64,000 nucleotides of DNA, from positions 65,906,001 to 65,970,000 of the forward strand of contig OX597826.1 in the NCBI GenBank assembly GCA_951406725.2, written 5' to 3'. Shown here one piece after another: positions 41,460 to 54,596 of the stretch (position 1 is its first letter; every line of letters starts with the position of its first letter). Under the pieces are notes generated by a model. The model worked only from the letters and a program-made list of their open reading frames with translations, was not told where the DNA came from and ran no database searches. Origin of the DNA: Octopus vulgaris (Eukaryota). A program made the position numbers and the translations under genes.

Positions 41460-41613
41460 TCCAGCGGGAAGTCGGAACCATGTGTCTCGATTCAGATATA
41501 AGGGTACCCGCGTAACTTCACTCACTCTTAATTCATGTGGAAATAATAACGTTGGATACATTTATTGATGTTACACCGCCGGCGTGGTACGAATGCTTTT
41601 CTCCGAGGTAAGG
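41460..41613 (+). promoter_or_regulatory. Candidate ATPAF1 promoter and non-coding first exon ending at a splice donor
   Basis: CpG-containing unique sequence with a GGAAGT/CGGAA ETS-like motif near 41466-41477. Good donor GAG|GTAAGG at 41608, which could join the acceptor at 44396 just upstream of the ATG. Confidence 0.45.
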
Positions 41614-44428
41614 TCAAATGGATTTATTCAATATCGACAAAATAAACATTGATATGTTTTTTATTTAAACAGCGAAACATGTGAATTATTATATTTAAAT
41701 AAACGACAACATTCATTTAAGTGTCATTAATCGATAACAAGGTTACATTAAGTTAACTGTTCAAGAGTAAATATAACCGTCTGTGATTTCATTTTACGTA
41801 GTTTAAGTTCAAAATAACCTTATTGATATAATTTTTCAATGCAAATTATTTATACATATAAATTTGCCTAGAATATTGATTATTCTCTAATCTTAAGGGT
41901 CCATTTATAAGCTTGTTGCTTTTTTATTCTACTTTATTATTATTTTCCTTCCTTTCTGCGAATGATGTTGACTACTTGCGGTGTAGTTAAACATGTGCTT
42001 TTAATTTTGAAATACAGCTTTAAGGAACAAGCATATGACCATTTCAGTGAGTACATGTAGTACCAGCTTATTTAATGCTCCCTTTCCAAAGACTGTAGTG
42101 TCTTATATGAGGGTGGTTCGACTTCTATTTTAAATGACACAGTGTAACAAAGTCTTTGAATTACAACTACGGCCCAATAAACAAGCTTCTACAGTTTTCA
42201 CCTATCCAATTTTACATCTGTTTGCTTGACCCATGATACCACACGGTGTGATATTGAACTCTGCATCTCAAGATTGCTAACTGGTATACATATATATGAT
42301 GGGCACAGCCATTGAGTTGTGGTTAAAAACTTTGTATCATAACCACATAATTTCAGGTTGGCCCCGAACCCAACCTTGCTTTGAGAGAAACTATGTGTAT
42401 GTCATCATCACTTTCTATGTGTGCATGGTCAGAAGGAATTTGTTGAGGAAGAGTTTCTGCAGCCGGATGCTCTTCCTGTCACCAACTCCCACTTGTTTCC
42501 AAGCAAGGTAATATTTCCCCCATGGCCAAGATGCTCATTTACAACCCTCATGTGACGTCAAGATAAGGGTGCATGCACACACATACACACACTCGACAGG
42601 CTTCTCTTTGATGTGCTCAGGCGCAACTGTTCTTATCTCTGTTCATATGAGGTCTGATTCCAAAGTTGAATGATCCTCTTCTCCCACATCCTTACAACCT
42701 TATCCACCATCCTCCCTCATTCCTCTGTACCTGCACCCTCTTCTATACATTCTTTGGACATATGACCTTGAGAGTATGTTCGGGCACGTTATCATCACCA
42801 TGGCTCAATTTCAGCCATTTCCATCCGCCTATGTGAAATGCTGGACAATCATGAGTCTCCTCTACAATAGTAAACCAGTTCCTACTCCCCTTGTCATACT
42901 TTAACTTCTCGACCCCTTGCCTGAAGCATCCCCCCCCTCTCTCTCTCTCTCTCTCTCCTATTCTCCTCCACCAAGGTATTTCTTTAGTCTTGCAAGTTAC
43001 AAGGTAACCTCATTAGTACTGGTTAGTATTAGAAAGGACATCCAGCCTTGAGAGCCATGCCAAATCTAGGACACTGGAACGCGACACGGTCACCTGACCT
43101 GTTGAATCCTGTCAAAGCATCAACCCATGCCAGCATATAAAAGAGAACGTTAAATGATAGCTGTGACACTAGTGGTGATTGCTGCTACCACTATCAATTA
43201 TTATTTTGTATACACCACAATATATACACTCTGTTTTGACTGGATCTCAAGCTTGGTAATTTGATTTGTTTTCTTCGACCTCTGTGGATACATCTGATTT
43301 TCAAACCAAGTTGTTGTTTAGTAACCCTTCTTTGTATACATTCAGACTGGAATAGTTTCATAACCTAAATGGGATTTTACCATCTAGGAGTAGGAGTGGC
43401 TGTGTGGTAAGTAGCTTGCTTACCAACCACATGGTTCTGGGTTCAGTCCCACTACGTGGCACCTTGGGCAAGTGTCTTCTACTATTGCCTCGGGCCAACC
43501 AAAACCTTGTGAGTGGATTTGGTAGACGGAAACTGAAAGAAGCCTGTCGTATATATGTGTGTGTGTGTGTATATATATATATGTGTGTGTGTATGTATAT
43601 GATTGCATGTCTGTATTTGTCCCCCCAACATCGCTTGACAACCGATGCTGGTACGTTTACATCCCTGTAACTTAAGGGTTCAGCAAAAGAATAAGTACTA
43701 GGCTTATAAAGAATATGTCCTGGGTTCGATTTGCTCGACTAAAGGCGGTGCTCCAGCTTGGCCGCAGTCAAATGACTGAAACAAGTAAAAGAGTATACAT
43801 TTATGAAGGAGTTTAAATGCATCTGTGTTTAAGTATTTAAAAGTTCTTACTATTATACACCGTCATATTTACCTTTTTGTTTTGTTTTTCCAATGTATGT
43901 TCTTCAAGTTTCAATTTCTTTTTTTATCTGTTATAAATCCTTGAATCTTTATCTCCATTTACTTTCTAAATATATAACTAACTATCTGTCTATAGATTTC
44001 ATAATTTGTGTTAAAGGTGGGTTGAGTTTATTTATACTTGGACCTAACTGTATGCCTTAGACTGAATTGGTTACAATTAGCTAGGGTTCTTTAACAATCC
44101 AGGAGAATTACAATGCAGACAGTAGCCCAGAATGTGACAGCAGAGAGATATCCAGGAATCATGGCTTGGATGTGACCCGTCCCTTCAAGTGTAAGGAGTC
44201 GAGGGCAAAAACATGTGGCTTCTTCTCTGACAACCTGCTGTTCAATTCTCCCTAGTTTCTTACTACCGATATATATATCTCGCAGTGTATGATTTTATGG
44301 CTAGATGTCTTTTAGGATAATTATTCATTAAGATTTTTTTTTCTGTATGAAAATTAAAAATTGATATTTTCTTTTTTACATTTTCCATACTAACAGCTCT
44401 AAAATCCTGAATTAATAAACTGTAAGCA

Positions 44429-44655
44429 ATGTTGCAGTTATTGCACCGAGGAAGGCAGTGTTTGCACCAAGCTGCAATTGTTTGCAACAGCTGCAACCGG
44501 TTGCCTACCTTCACTGCACTTCCATTCACAAGAACACAAAGAAACTTCCAAACAGATTCTGTATATTTACAAAAGAACAAAACTGAACCTGAAATTGACC
44601 TTCAAAAAAATCCTTATTATGAGAAATACACAGAAAAGTTGAAGGGACTCCAAGA
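44429..44655 (+). CDS. ATPAF1: ATP synthase F1 assembly factor 1 (ATP11 family), coding exon 1 with mitochondrial presequence-like N-terminus
   Basis: ATG at 44429; Arg-rich, acid-poor N-terminus; NPYYEKYTEKL matches the ATP11 N-terminal NPxxxKY motif; GTAAGT donor at 44656 (phase 2); upstream acceptor AG at 44395-44396. Confidence 0.9.
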
Positions 44656-44714
44656 GTAAGTACAGAGAATTTTTTTATATACAACCATTCCGTCAGCTCA
44701 CCTTCTTAATAATA

Positions 44715-45540
44715 ATGATACTTTCTACTAAAGGCACAAGGCCTGAAATTTTGTGGGAGGAGACTAGTTGATTGCATCACCCCCAGTGCTTGACTGGTAC
44801 TTAATTTATAGACCCAGAGAGGACAAGAGGCAAAGTCAACCTCAGTGGAATTTGAACTCGGAACATAAGGATGGGTGAAATGCTGCAAAGCATTTTGCTT
44901 GACAGGCTAATGATTCTGCCAGCTCACCATCTTAGTAATAATAATAATAATAATAATCCTTTCTACTTAAGGCACAAGGCCTGAAATTTGGGGGATGAAC
45001 CTAATCAATTACATCAACCTCAGTGCTCAATTGGTACTTACTTCATCGATCCCAAAAGGCTGAAAGGCAAAGTTGGTCTCAGCAGGATTTGAACTAAGAA
45101 TGTAAAGATCCGTAACTAAAGCCTGCTAAGCATTTTGCCAGCCACTCTAATGACTTTACCAATCCATATTAATAATAATAGCTTTCAGCATAAATGCAAG
45201 GCCAGTTCTGGGAGAGGGGTTTGGTTAATGCTGGACCATGGAGAGATGAAAAAATAAAGTTCACCCCTCTAATGTAAAGAACTGGAACAAATATTCCCAA
45301 GTCTTTTGTCTGACACTCTAACGATTCTGCCAATCCTCCACCCTAACGATAATAATAATGGTTTTAAAGTTTGGCACAGGACTGTCAGATTTTGAGGGGA
45401 AGGGTAAGTCGATTATGCCAACCCAAAAGGATGAAAGGCAACGTTGACCTTGGGGGAATTTGAGCTCAGATTGTAAAGATGGAGGAAATGCTGCTAAGCA
45501 TTTTGTCAGACCTGCTGATGGTTCTGCAGCTTGCCACCTT
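44715..45540 (-). mobile_element. Cluster of Meta-like SINE copies in ATPAF1 intron
   Basis: About four diverged GGCACAAGGCCTGAAATTT...GGAATTTGAACTC units separated by (TAA)n. Confidence 0.75.
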
Positions 45541-46078
45541 AATTATAAATTCTTCATTAGCACAGGTCTATAAATCTAATTATCTCTTATAGACCCTAAA
45601 CAGAAAAAAAGAAAACTGATAGGAATTGAACTCAGAATGCAAGAAGTTGAAATAATTTTTACCAAGTCTACCATGCATGCATGGGTCATTGCCAGTGCTG
45701 CCTGACTGGCTCCCCGAGCCGGTGATACATAAAAAGCACCATCTGAACATGGTTGATGTCAGCTTCCCTGCCCTGACTAGCTCCTGTGCCAGTAGCACAT
45801 AAAAAGCACCATTCAAATGTGGCCGATGCTAGTGTCGCCTGTCTGGCTTCCATGCCGGTGGCACATAAAAAGCACCCACTACACTCTCGGAGAGTGATTG
45901 GTATTAGGAAGGGCATCCAGCAGTAGAAATACTGCCAGATCAGATTGGAGCCTGGTGCGACCTCCTGGCTTGCCAGTCTCCAGTCAAACCGTCCAACCCA
46001 TACCAGCATGGAAAACAGATGTTAAATGATGATGATATGACAGTGTTATTATATATTATAATGTTTATTGTATTTCAG

Positions 46079-46217
46079 AACAGACCCTGAAATATACAGT
46101 AAAAAGCTCGAGGAATTAAAAGAGAGTTTAAAACCAAAAGCAGCCCCTGCTGTGAACCCTAAAACAAAGGAAAAGGTACAGAAGAAACCAACTGAGAAAA
46201 AAACAGTCCCTAAACTG
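46079..46217 (+). CDS. ATPAF1: ATPAF1 coding exon 2
   Basis: tttcAG acceptor (46077-46078), phase 2 completes a Glu codon; TDPEIYSKKLEELK...VPKL; GTAAG donor at 46218. Confidence 0.85.
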
Positions 46218-46719
46218 GTAAGATTGTCTTATGGTGAACAGTGGGTGATGGGCAGTGGTTGAGAGGTCACAGAGGTGACAGGTTTAATGGACCTACATTG
46301 TTGATCATTTATTTAAGACCTGGGCAAGGTTGCATGGTTGAAAAGTTCTCTTTCCAACCACAGGGTTTTGATTTCAGTCCCACTGTATGGTATCTTAAAC
46401 AAGGATCCTCTACTAAAACCCTTGGCCAACCTAAACCTTGTGAGTGGTTTTTGTAAATGAAAACTAAAAGAAACCTGTCATGTTTAAAAACATATATATA
46501 TATATATATACCACCTGACTGGCCCTCGTGCTGGTGGCACGTAAAAGCACCCACTACACTCTCGGAGTGGTTGGCGTTAGGAAGGGCATCCAGCTGTAGA
46601 AACTCTGCCAGATCAGATTGGAGTCTGGTGCATCCATCTGGTTCGCCAGACCTCAGTCAAATCGTCCAACTCATGCTATCATGGAGCAGACGCTAAACGA
46701 TGATGATGATCATATATAT

Positions 46720-48085
46720 ATCGGTACATGACGCTGCTGTTGCCCTTCCTAGGGTCTCACGGGCCCACACCCTCAGAGTTGGCACTCTTAACATCGGCAC
46801 ACTGAAAGGTAGGTCTGGTGAGAATGTTGAGATGCTTGAAGTAAGGTGGAGAGGAGGTTCCACTAGGTTCCTCAGGCAAAGAACACAGGTACAAGATTTT
46901 CTGGGCAGGGAACACTAGCAGAGTTGGAGGCGTGGGTATACTTCTTGCGGAGAAATGGGTTGATAAGGTAATCGAGGTAGTCAGAGTATGCGACAGAATA
47001 CTTAAGATTAGATTAGTGCTTCTCATTGGTTAGCAACCATTATCTCAGCCTATGCCCCTCAGCCGGGGCTACCCGATGGCCAGAAAGACCGATTTTATGA
47101 CACCCTCTTGCAGACTACCTCATTGGAAAATGACAGAGACCTTCTCTTTGTGGCTGGTGACTTCAATGGACATGTTGGACAACATACAGGGGGCTTCTAT
47201 GGCATACATGGAGGCTACGGTTTTGGTTCCCGCAATGAGGAGGGAACCAGGCTGTTGGAGTTCTGCGATGCAAATGATCTTATGGTTTGCAATACTAACT
47301 ACAGGAAACCTGCCAGTCATCTAGTCACCTACCATTCTGGCAGACACACTAGCCAAATTGACTACATCCTCGCCAGAAAAAGGGAAAGATGGCTGCTTAT
47401 AAATGCCAAAACTTTCCCAGGCGAAGAATGTACCCCACAACATAGATTGGTAGTTAGCGATTTCAGGATCAAGGCTAAATGGATGCCCAGAAGACAACCA
47501 GCATGGAGGAGAAGGGTTTGGAAGCTTAAAAGATCCTGTGAATGGACAGAGATTTAGTGATATTACTCAAAGCCTTTGATGAAATAGAAGGGGATATAGC
47601 TTCACACAACGTAGAAAACAACTGGAGGTTTCTACGAGACAACCTGCTGAAGGCCACTGACCAGATCTGTGGATGGTGCAAAGTCTCTTCTTGACCCAAA
47701 ATAACGTGGTGGTGGAACAGTGTTGTTGACAGGGCTATTAGAGAAAAGAAACAGGCTTGGGAGGACTGGGAGAACGGTGGTAGTAGGGAATTGTATCAGA
47801 CTGCCAGAAGGGAAGCTAGGAGACAGATTTATTTAGCCAGAGGGGAAGCAGATAAGAAAAAATTTGCCAATGTTCTGCGCCGTGAGGACCAAAGACTTGA
47901 GGTATTTTGTGTTGCAAGACAGTGTGTGAGAGAGAATCATGATGCCGTAGGAGAGAAATGTGTCCACATGGATGATGGTTCACTTGCACTAAATGAGGCT
48001 GCAAAGAGAGATGTTTGGAGACACCACTATGAAAGGTTGCTCAATAAAGAGAATGAATGGGAGAAAGAGTCTGCCGAATGTCGAC
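46720..48085 (+). mobile_element. RTE-clade LINE, endonuclease and linker region (frameshifted)
   Basis: LRVGTLNIGTL, ISAYAPQ, VAGDFNGHVG, RNEEGTRLLEFC, SQIDYIL, QHRLVV and WWN motifs. Confidence 0.92.
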
Positions 48086-48347
48086 CCATTCAAAAGTTGA
48101 AATAATGCAAAGCACATTGTGATCAGTGATGTATAACAATATCAAATTGTCTTGTCAGTCACATGACTTGATATACATGTGTGTGTGTGTGTGTGTGTAT
48201 GTAGAAGGTTGGAAAGTAACACACGAGTTAATAAAAGAGAGAGAGAAAACATGGAAAATGTCCTACCTATTTGAAGACTATGGAAATATTTTTAAAAGCA
48301 TTTCATTTAATTTTCTGGGCAATTTAATTGCTTTCCTTGCTTTATTC

Positions 48348-49990
48348 ATCGTCGTTGTTGTTTAGCACCTGCTTTCCATGCTGGCATGGGTTGGACGGTT
48401 TGACTGAGGACTGACAAGCCAGAAGAAGGCTGTACTAGGCTCCAATCTGATCTGGCAAGGTTTCTACAGCTGGATGCCCTTCCTAACGCCAACCACTCCA
48501 AGATTGTAGTGGGTGCTTTTCATGTGCCACCGACACGAGGGCCAGTCAGGCGGTACTGACAACAACCATACTCAAATGGTCCTTTTTATGTGCCACCAGC
48601 ACAGGAGCCAGTCAAGTGGCACTGACAACGATCACACTCGAATGGTGCTTTTTATGTACCACCAGCATGGGACTAGTCAGGCAGCACTGGCATCGACAAC
48701 GCTCAAATGGTGCTTTTTACATGCCACTTGCTCAGGTGCCATTCAGGCACGACAATGACTTCACTTAACGCAATAGGTCTTCACAAGCACAGTTTATTGC
48801 CCAATGATTGAAGGGTACTCATATACTACATAGGCTACGGTTACAGCCTCACTTGGCTTAACAGATCTTCTCAAGCACAGTGTATCTCCAAAGGACTTGA
48901 TCACTTGTCATCGCCTCCATGAGGCCCAGTGTTCGAAGGTCGTGCTTCACCACCTCATCCCAGGTCTTCCTGAGTCTACCTCTTCCACAGGTTCCCTCTA
49001 CTGCTAGGGTGTGACACTTTTTCACACAGCTGTTCTCATCCATTCGCAACACATGACCATACCAGCACAGCCAAATCTCTTGCACACCACATCTGATGCT
49101 TCTTATGTCCCTTTTCTCTCGGGGCGCTTACATACTGTCAGGTATGCATATTGACATTACACATCCAGTGGAGCATACTAGCTTCATTTCTTGCAAGCTG
49201 ACACATGTCCTTAGCAGTTACGGCCCATGTTTCACTGCCATGTAGCATGGCTATTGACACACGTCATACAGTCTACCTTTTACTCTGAGCGAGAGGCCCT
49301 TTTGTCACCAGCAGAGGTAGGAGCTCTCTGAACTTTGCCCTGGCTATTCTTATTCTAGCGGCTACACTCTCAGAGCATCCATCCCTGCTACTGACATGGT
49401 CACCTAGGTAACGGAAGCTATCAACTACTTTTAGTTTTTCCCTTTGGCATGTGACGGAAGCTGATTTCTGCACATTTTCAGTGTTTATTGCTCCTGAGCA
49501 TTTGCCGCACACAAAAACTATCTTCCCAGTTAGCCTTCCTTTGATATTGCTGCACCTCTTATGTGTCCATAGCATACGCCGATACATCTGATGGAGTTTC
49601 TACCAACATCTTTTCTACAGATGAACAGAGCCATTTACCTGAAGGGATTTGTGATTTGTCTGCCTTCCTACTTATTAAAACTTTGGTTTTTGCTAGACTG
49701 CCCTAAGGCCCTTTGATTCTACACTTTGCTTCCACACCTGAAACTTCTCTAGTTCTGATAGTGACTCAGCTATTAGAGCAAGGTCATTAGCATAGAGAAG
49801 CTCCTAGGAGCATCCTGTCTTGAATTCCTCTGTTATTGCCTGGAGGACTATGATGACTAAGAGGGGGCTGAGGACTGATCCTTGGTGGACCCCTACCCAG
49901 AATTCTTCACTATACTCATCGCCAACCCTCACCTTACTGACAGCATCCCTGTACATGGCTTGTACAGCTTTCACTAACCACTCATCTAAC
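48348..49990 (-). mobile_element. RTE-clade LINE, RT C-terminus and 3' UTR
   Basis: Minus strand VGVHQGSVLSPLL, ELLYANDL, FRYLGD, HGSETW, WYGHVLRM, GRGR.RKTW; (GAT)-type tail. The same 3' end occurs alone at ~45660-46035, 46511-46710, 50150-50440 and 51640-51790. Confidence 0.92.
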
Positions 49991-50217
49991 CACCCATCTG
50001 TTCTAAGTTGAAAAAGTCAAAAAGACTGAAACTGGTTATAAAATGTTCTTCTTATTTTAGTATTTTCTACCTTGTCTTATTTTCCTTATATATACATGCT
50101 AGCATGGAAAGCAGACCTTAAATGATGATGATGATGATGATCATCATCATCATCGTTTAACGTCCGCTTTCCATGCTAGCATGGACGGTTCAACTGGGGT
50201 CTGGGAAGCCTGAAGGC

Positions 50218-50438
50218 TGCACCAGGCCAGTCAGATCTGGCAGTGTTTCTACAGCTGGATGCCCTTCCTAACGCCAACCACTCCGTGAGTGTAGTGGGTG
50301 CTTTTTACGTGCCACCAACACAGGTGCCAGACGAGTGTCGGTGGCACGTAAGAAGCACCCACTACACTCACAGAGTGGTTGGCGTTAGGAAGGGCATCCA
50401 GCTGTAGAAACACTGCCAGATCTCACTGGCCTGGTGCA
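50218..50438. repeat. Inverted duplication of an RTE 3'-end sequence (~104-bp arms) in ATPAF1 intron
   Basis: Arms 50218-50321 and 50335-50438 with few mismatches. Confidence 0.9.
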
Positions 50439-50903
50439 ACATATATATATATATGAGTGTTTGTGTCTCCTTGTCTTCATGTCATGTGATAGCTGTTAAC
50501 AGCCATTACTGCCATACAAGAGGTGTTGTTCATTTGTAATCTTCTGCTGAAACACGTCTGGTTATGGAAAATGTGGACGTTAAATCAGTGTGATGCAGAG
50601 TGGGGTACAAACAAAAGTGATATCCAGTCTCTGGATGTCACAGATGACAAAAGACTGAAATGACTGGCAATTTTCTGTATTCAAGAAGACCCGTCTGAGG
50701 GAATGAGGTCTGAAAAGCATTGTTTTTTATGTCTATACATAAAAATTGGTGCAGGTGTGGCTGTGTGATAGGAAGTTTGCTTTCCAATCACACGGTTCTA
50801 GGTTCAGTCCCACTGTGTGACATCCTGGGCAAGTGTCTTCTTCTATAGCCTCGGGCCAACAAAGCCTTGTGAGTGGATTTGGTAGACAGAAACTGAAAGA
50901 AGC

Positions 50904-50946
<43 letters not shown>

Positions 50947-51863
50947 GCTCAAATGGTGCTTTTTACGTGCCCCCGACACAGGTGCAAGTCAGGCAGCATT
51001 GGCAAATCACATTTGCTACATACTTTGTGGAATATGAATAAAGCCGACCTGGGTGAAAATTATAGTTTATAAGGTATTAGACCCTGGTATTCTGTGTAGA
51101 AGATTTATATTCTAAGAATTATGTTAAATGCAGTCTGGGATAGAATAATACTGAAATTGTAAAGGGAAGTAATTCATGCAGTTTCATGTTATATAGAGTA
51201 GCCTCCCTTAGATTGGCAGTTTGTATTTTGTTTTAAAATTCAAATTTCGTGGACGATTCATCTGGCATCACAAATGGTGTGTGACGCAGATATACACATA
51301 CAAAGATAACCAGAGACATCTCTGCAAATGGATATCTTGAGCAGCACGCCTAGCTGTAAACAGCATTGCACCTATCCGTAAATAGGTACCATAAGGCTGA
51401 CTGTTGTACTTACTACACTGAGTAATAAACAGGTATATTGCTAAATATAACTGGCTGTTGTATCCAGTACACCTGGCTGTAAAAAAAGTACCACGAAGTC
51501 GATGCAGTTGACTGCTGTACATAGTGCAGATCATGGTATATGAACAACTCTCTGTTATAAGCAGTAGTAGCACAGTGAAATTGATCAGTGTTTTATTAAC
51601 ATGTACTGCTGGATACAGCTCCCCACCTCCTCTTATTACATCATCATCATCATTTAACGTCCGCTTTCCATGCTAGCATGGGTTGGACGATTTTGACTGA
51701 GGGCTGGTGAACCAGATGGCTGCACCAGGTTCCAATCTTGATTTGGCAGAGTTTCTACAGCTGGATGCCCTTCCTAACGCCAACCACTCTGTTTAAATTT
51801 ATTTCAGTTATTCTGTGTTGTGCACTCAAGCGCACACTTACATGTATGTTATTGTCATTGCAG

Positions 51864-51926
51864 GTGTTAAATGATATTGTAAAATTGGAGCTATTGAGAC
51901 AAGAAACACCTGAAAATATTGAAAAG
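51864..51926 (+). CDS. ATPAF1: ATPAF1 coding exon 3
   Basis: ttgcAG acceptor; VLNDIVKLELLRQETPENIEK (ATP11 L..I.KLEL motif); GTAAG donor at 51927. Confidence 0.9.
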
Positions 51927-52635
51927 GTAAGACATCTTTGATTTCAAGTTCTAATCTTTGAATACTTTTTGCTTGAATTCCAGTTATCTATGGGACTGCT
52001 GTAAATAGATGACTCGTCTATGTACTTTGATCTTAATATGGGACCCCTCGACCGTGGAGGTCCCCTGTGACTGCAGAGGTTTGCAGGGGCTTAGCGACGG
52101 CCCTGCACCCATTAGGGTCCCAGCTATAGGCTAAGTAGCAAGTCTGACATGCTACTTAGCCCATGGCTGGGACCCTGACGGGAAACTATAGTTGGTAAGA
52201 AGTGGTTCCACTCTCCTCAAAAGCCTGGAACTCCCAAATCAGATCCCCACTGCCAAATGCAGTTTAAAGTCGTAACCAGCCACCTTGTGGCATGCAACTT
52301 ACACTGCCCCACTGTAGTGTGTACTTACAGCTAGTTGGACTATGCCTCACCATGGTACCTACATATAGCTACTTACACTCTGCCTCAATGTCATATCTAC
52401 TTCAAGCTAAATTATATCTCACAGTGGTACCTGCTTAAGTCATGTTTCTTTTTTATAAGCTTTGTTACTTACCTACATCTAAGTGGACTGATCCATTCAT
52501 CCCTTGGTACCTTATTACCCCGCTCCATCCCACCAGCCAGTTCTTTGTTAATATCACAGTAAAAAAAAATGGGAGATATTAAAAACCAAAAACAATATAT
52601 TCTAATTAGTTAATAATCGTTTACCATTTCTATAG

Positions 52636-52686
52636 ATTTGGATGCAGTTCCACAGTGTCAAAGACTGCGTGTATGGCGTCATAAAG
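52636..52686 (+). CDS. ATPAF1: ATPAF1 coding exon 4
   Basis: tatAG acceptor; IWMQFHSVKDCVYGVIK; GTAAG donor at 52687. Not in the ORF track. Confidence 0.88.
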
Positions 52687-53981
52687 GTAAGATCAAAGCT
52701 CTTTACATTCTATGTTCATTTCCCATCTGATTCCCTGTAGGATCAATAAAATAAAATACCAGTCTCTACTGGGGTCAATGGTATTGACTAAACCCTTCCC
52801 TTCAAAACTGAGTGCCTTGTGACTAAATCAGAAACCATTACTACTATTTAATGTTGTTGTTGTTTAACCCCAAGAGAGCCCTGATCCATCACACTTATCA
52901 TTCTCGCTATGATCATCTTTTATTCTAATATAGCCTTTTAAGGCAGTAAGCTGGCAGAATCGTTAGCACGCTGGGCGAAATGCTTAGTGGTATTTCGCCC
53001 GTCACTACATTCTGAGTTCAAATTCTACCATGGTAGACTTTGCTTTTTATCCTTTCGGGGTTGATAAATACTGGAGTCAATGTAATCGACTTGTCCCCTC
53101 CCCAAAACTGCTGCCCTTGTGGCAATATTTGAAACGATTGTAATGTAGTCTTTATTCACATAATCTAATATGGTGGCTGTCTTAGTTGATTCAATCATTG
53201 GATTGTGGTCGTGCTGGGGCACTGCCTTGAAAAGTTTTAATCGAACAAATTGACCCCAGAACTTAATTTTTAAGCCTTGTACTTAGTTCTATTGGTCTCT
53301 TTTGCCAAACCACTAAGTTATGGGGAACATAAACAAACCAGCACCAGTTGTGAAGTAGTGGAAACTCCTGACAAACCACCCAACCCATGCCAGCATGGAA
53401 AACAGATGTTTGATGATGATGATGGTTGTGTGGTCAGGAAGTTCACTTCCTAACTACATGGATTCAGGTTCAGTCTCATTGTGCAGCACCTTGGGCAAGT
53501 GTCTTCCACTATCACCCTGGGACAACCGAAGCCCTGTGAGTAAATTTGGTAGGTGGACACTCAAGAAGAAACCCGTTGTATGTGTGTGTGTGGTTGTATC
53601 TTCTTGTTTAGACATCATGTGAGTCTCATCACCTTCATCAAACAACTTCCTTCATTTCCTATCTTCCCTGAAAGCATGTCCAGCCAGGGAAGAATATTAC
53701 GGCACCATGTTGAGGGTTGGCATCAGGAAGAGCATCAAGCCATTGAAAATCTGTCACCATGAATTTAGCTTGACCTGTACAAGCATAGAAAAGTGTATGT
53801 GAAAGCACAAACACACACAACATTAGATGTACAAGAGAGTGTGTAGAATTTAACACTTTTACTATGATGTTTAGGAATTTGAAAGAACCGCGACATTTCT
53901 CCTCTCTTCGTCTGTAATAAAATAACATCTTTCTGATTGATGGACTGCTAATGTTCTGATATATTTTGTTTAAATTCACAG

Positions 53982-54029
53982 GAAATGGATTATGATGAAG
54001 TTATGAGCAAGGCTAAACTGTGTCCTTCG
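53982..54029 (+). CDS. ATPAF1: ATPAF1 coding exon 5
   Basis: cacAG acceptor; EMDYDEVMSKAKLCPS; GTAAGT donor at 54030. Not in the ORF track. Confidence 0.88.
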
Positions 54030-54500
54030 GTAAGTCACACTTCACTCTCTCTTACTATTAATAATCAATGTGGTAAATTATGCTCCCAAATTGCTTGCTA
54101 AGACGGCAGCAGACAAATCTGGCGGGTAACAGTAAAACAACTCAAAGTCCAGATAATTCTGTCATGCTCTTCCCCTTTACTTAATCAATGAAATCACTGA
54201 TTATTTCAGCTGCTGAAATCAACTTTTGTAGAGCCCTTCTTTTTTTTTTCAAAGTAAGCATTAAAGTCTACCACCTCTAGTTTAGCAAAGTACAACCAGT
54301 GGATTGGTATCCTGTCTAGATGGGGAAACTGCTCCTGAAGTTATAATATAATGCAGGATTAATTTAAAACAATATGAATAGATAAGCCTTATAATTGACA
54401 GAATCATTTGAATGCTAAAGGTTTAAAGACCTATCGTCATAGTAACTTCGGAGATATTTTTTTCTATATATTAACATTTTCTTTCTTCTTCTTCTTACAG

Positions 54501-54596
54501 TTTGTATATCCACTACCACGTCAGGATGGTTATGAGTTCTTCTACCAACAATTTTCTGGAAGTGAAGTATATTTCACACCTGTGGCCCTCTATAAG
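54501..54596 (+). CDS. ATPAF1: ATPAF1 coding exon 6
   Basis: Long pyrimidine tract plus tacAG; FVYPLPRQDGYEFFYQQF...YFTPVALYK is the hallmark ATP11 F..PLPR..GYEFF..Q motif; GTAAG donor at 54597. Confidence 0.95.
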
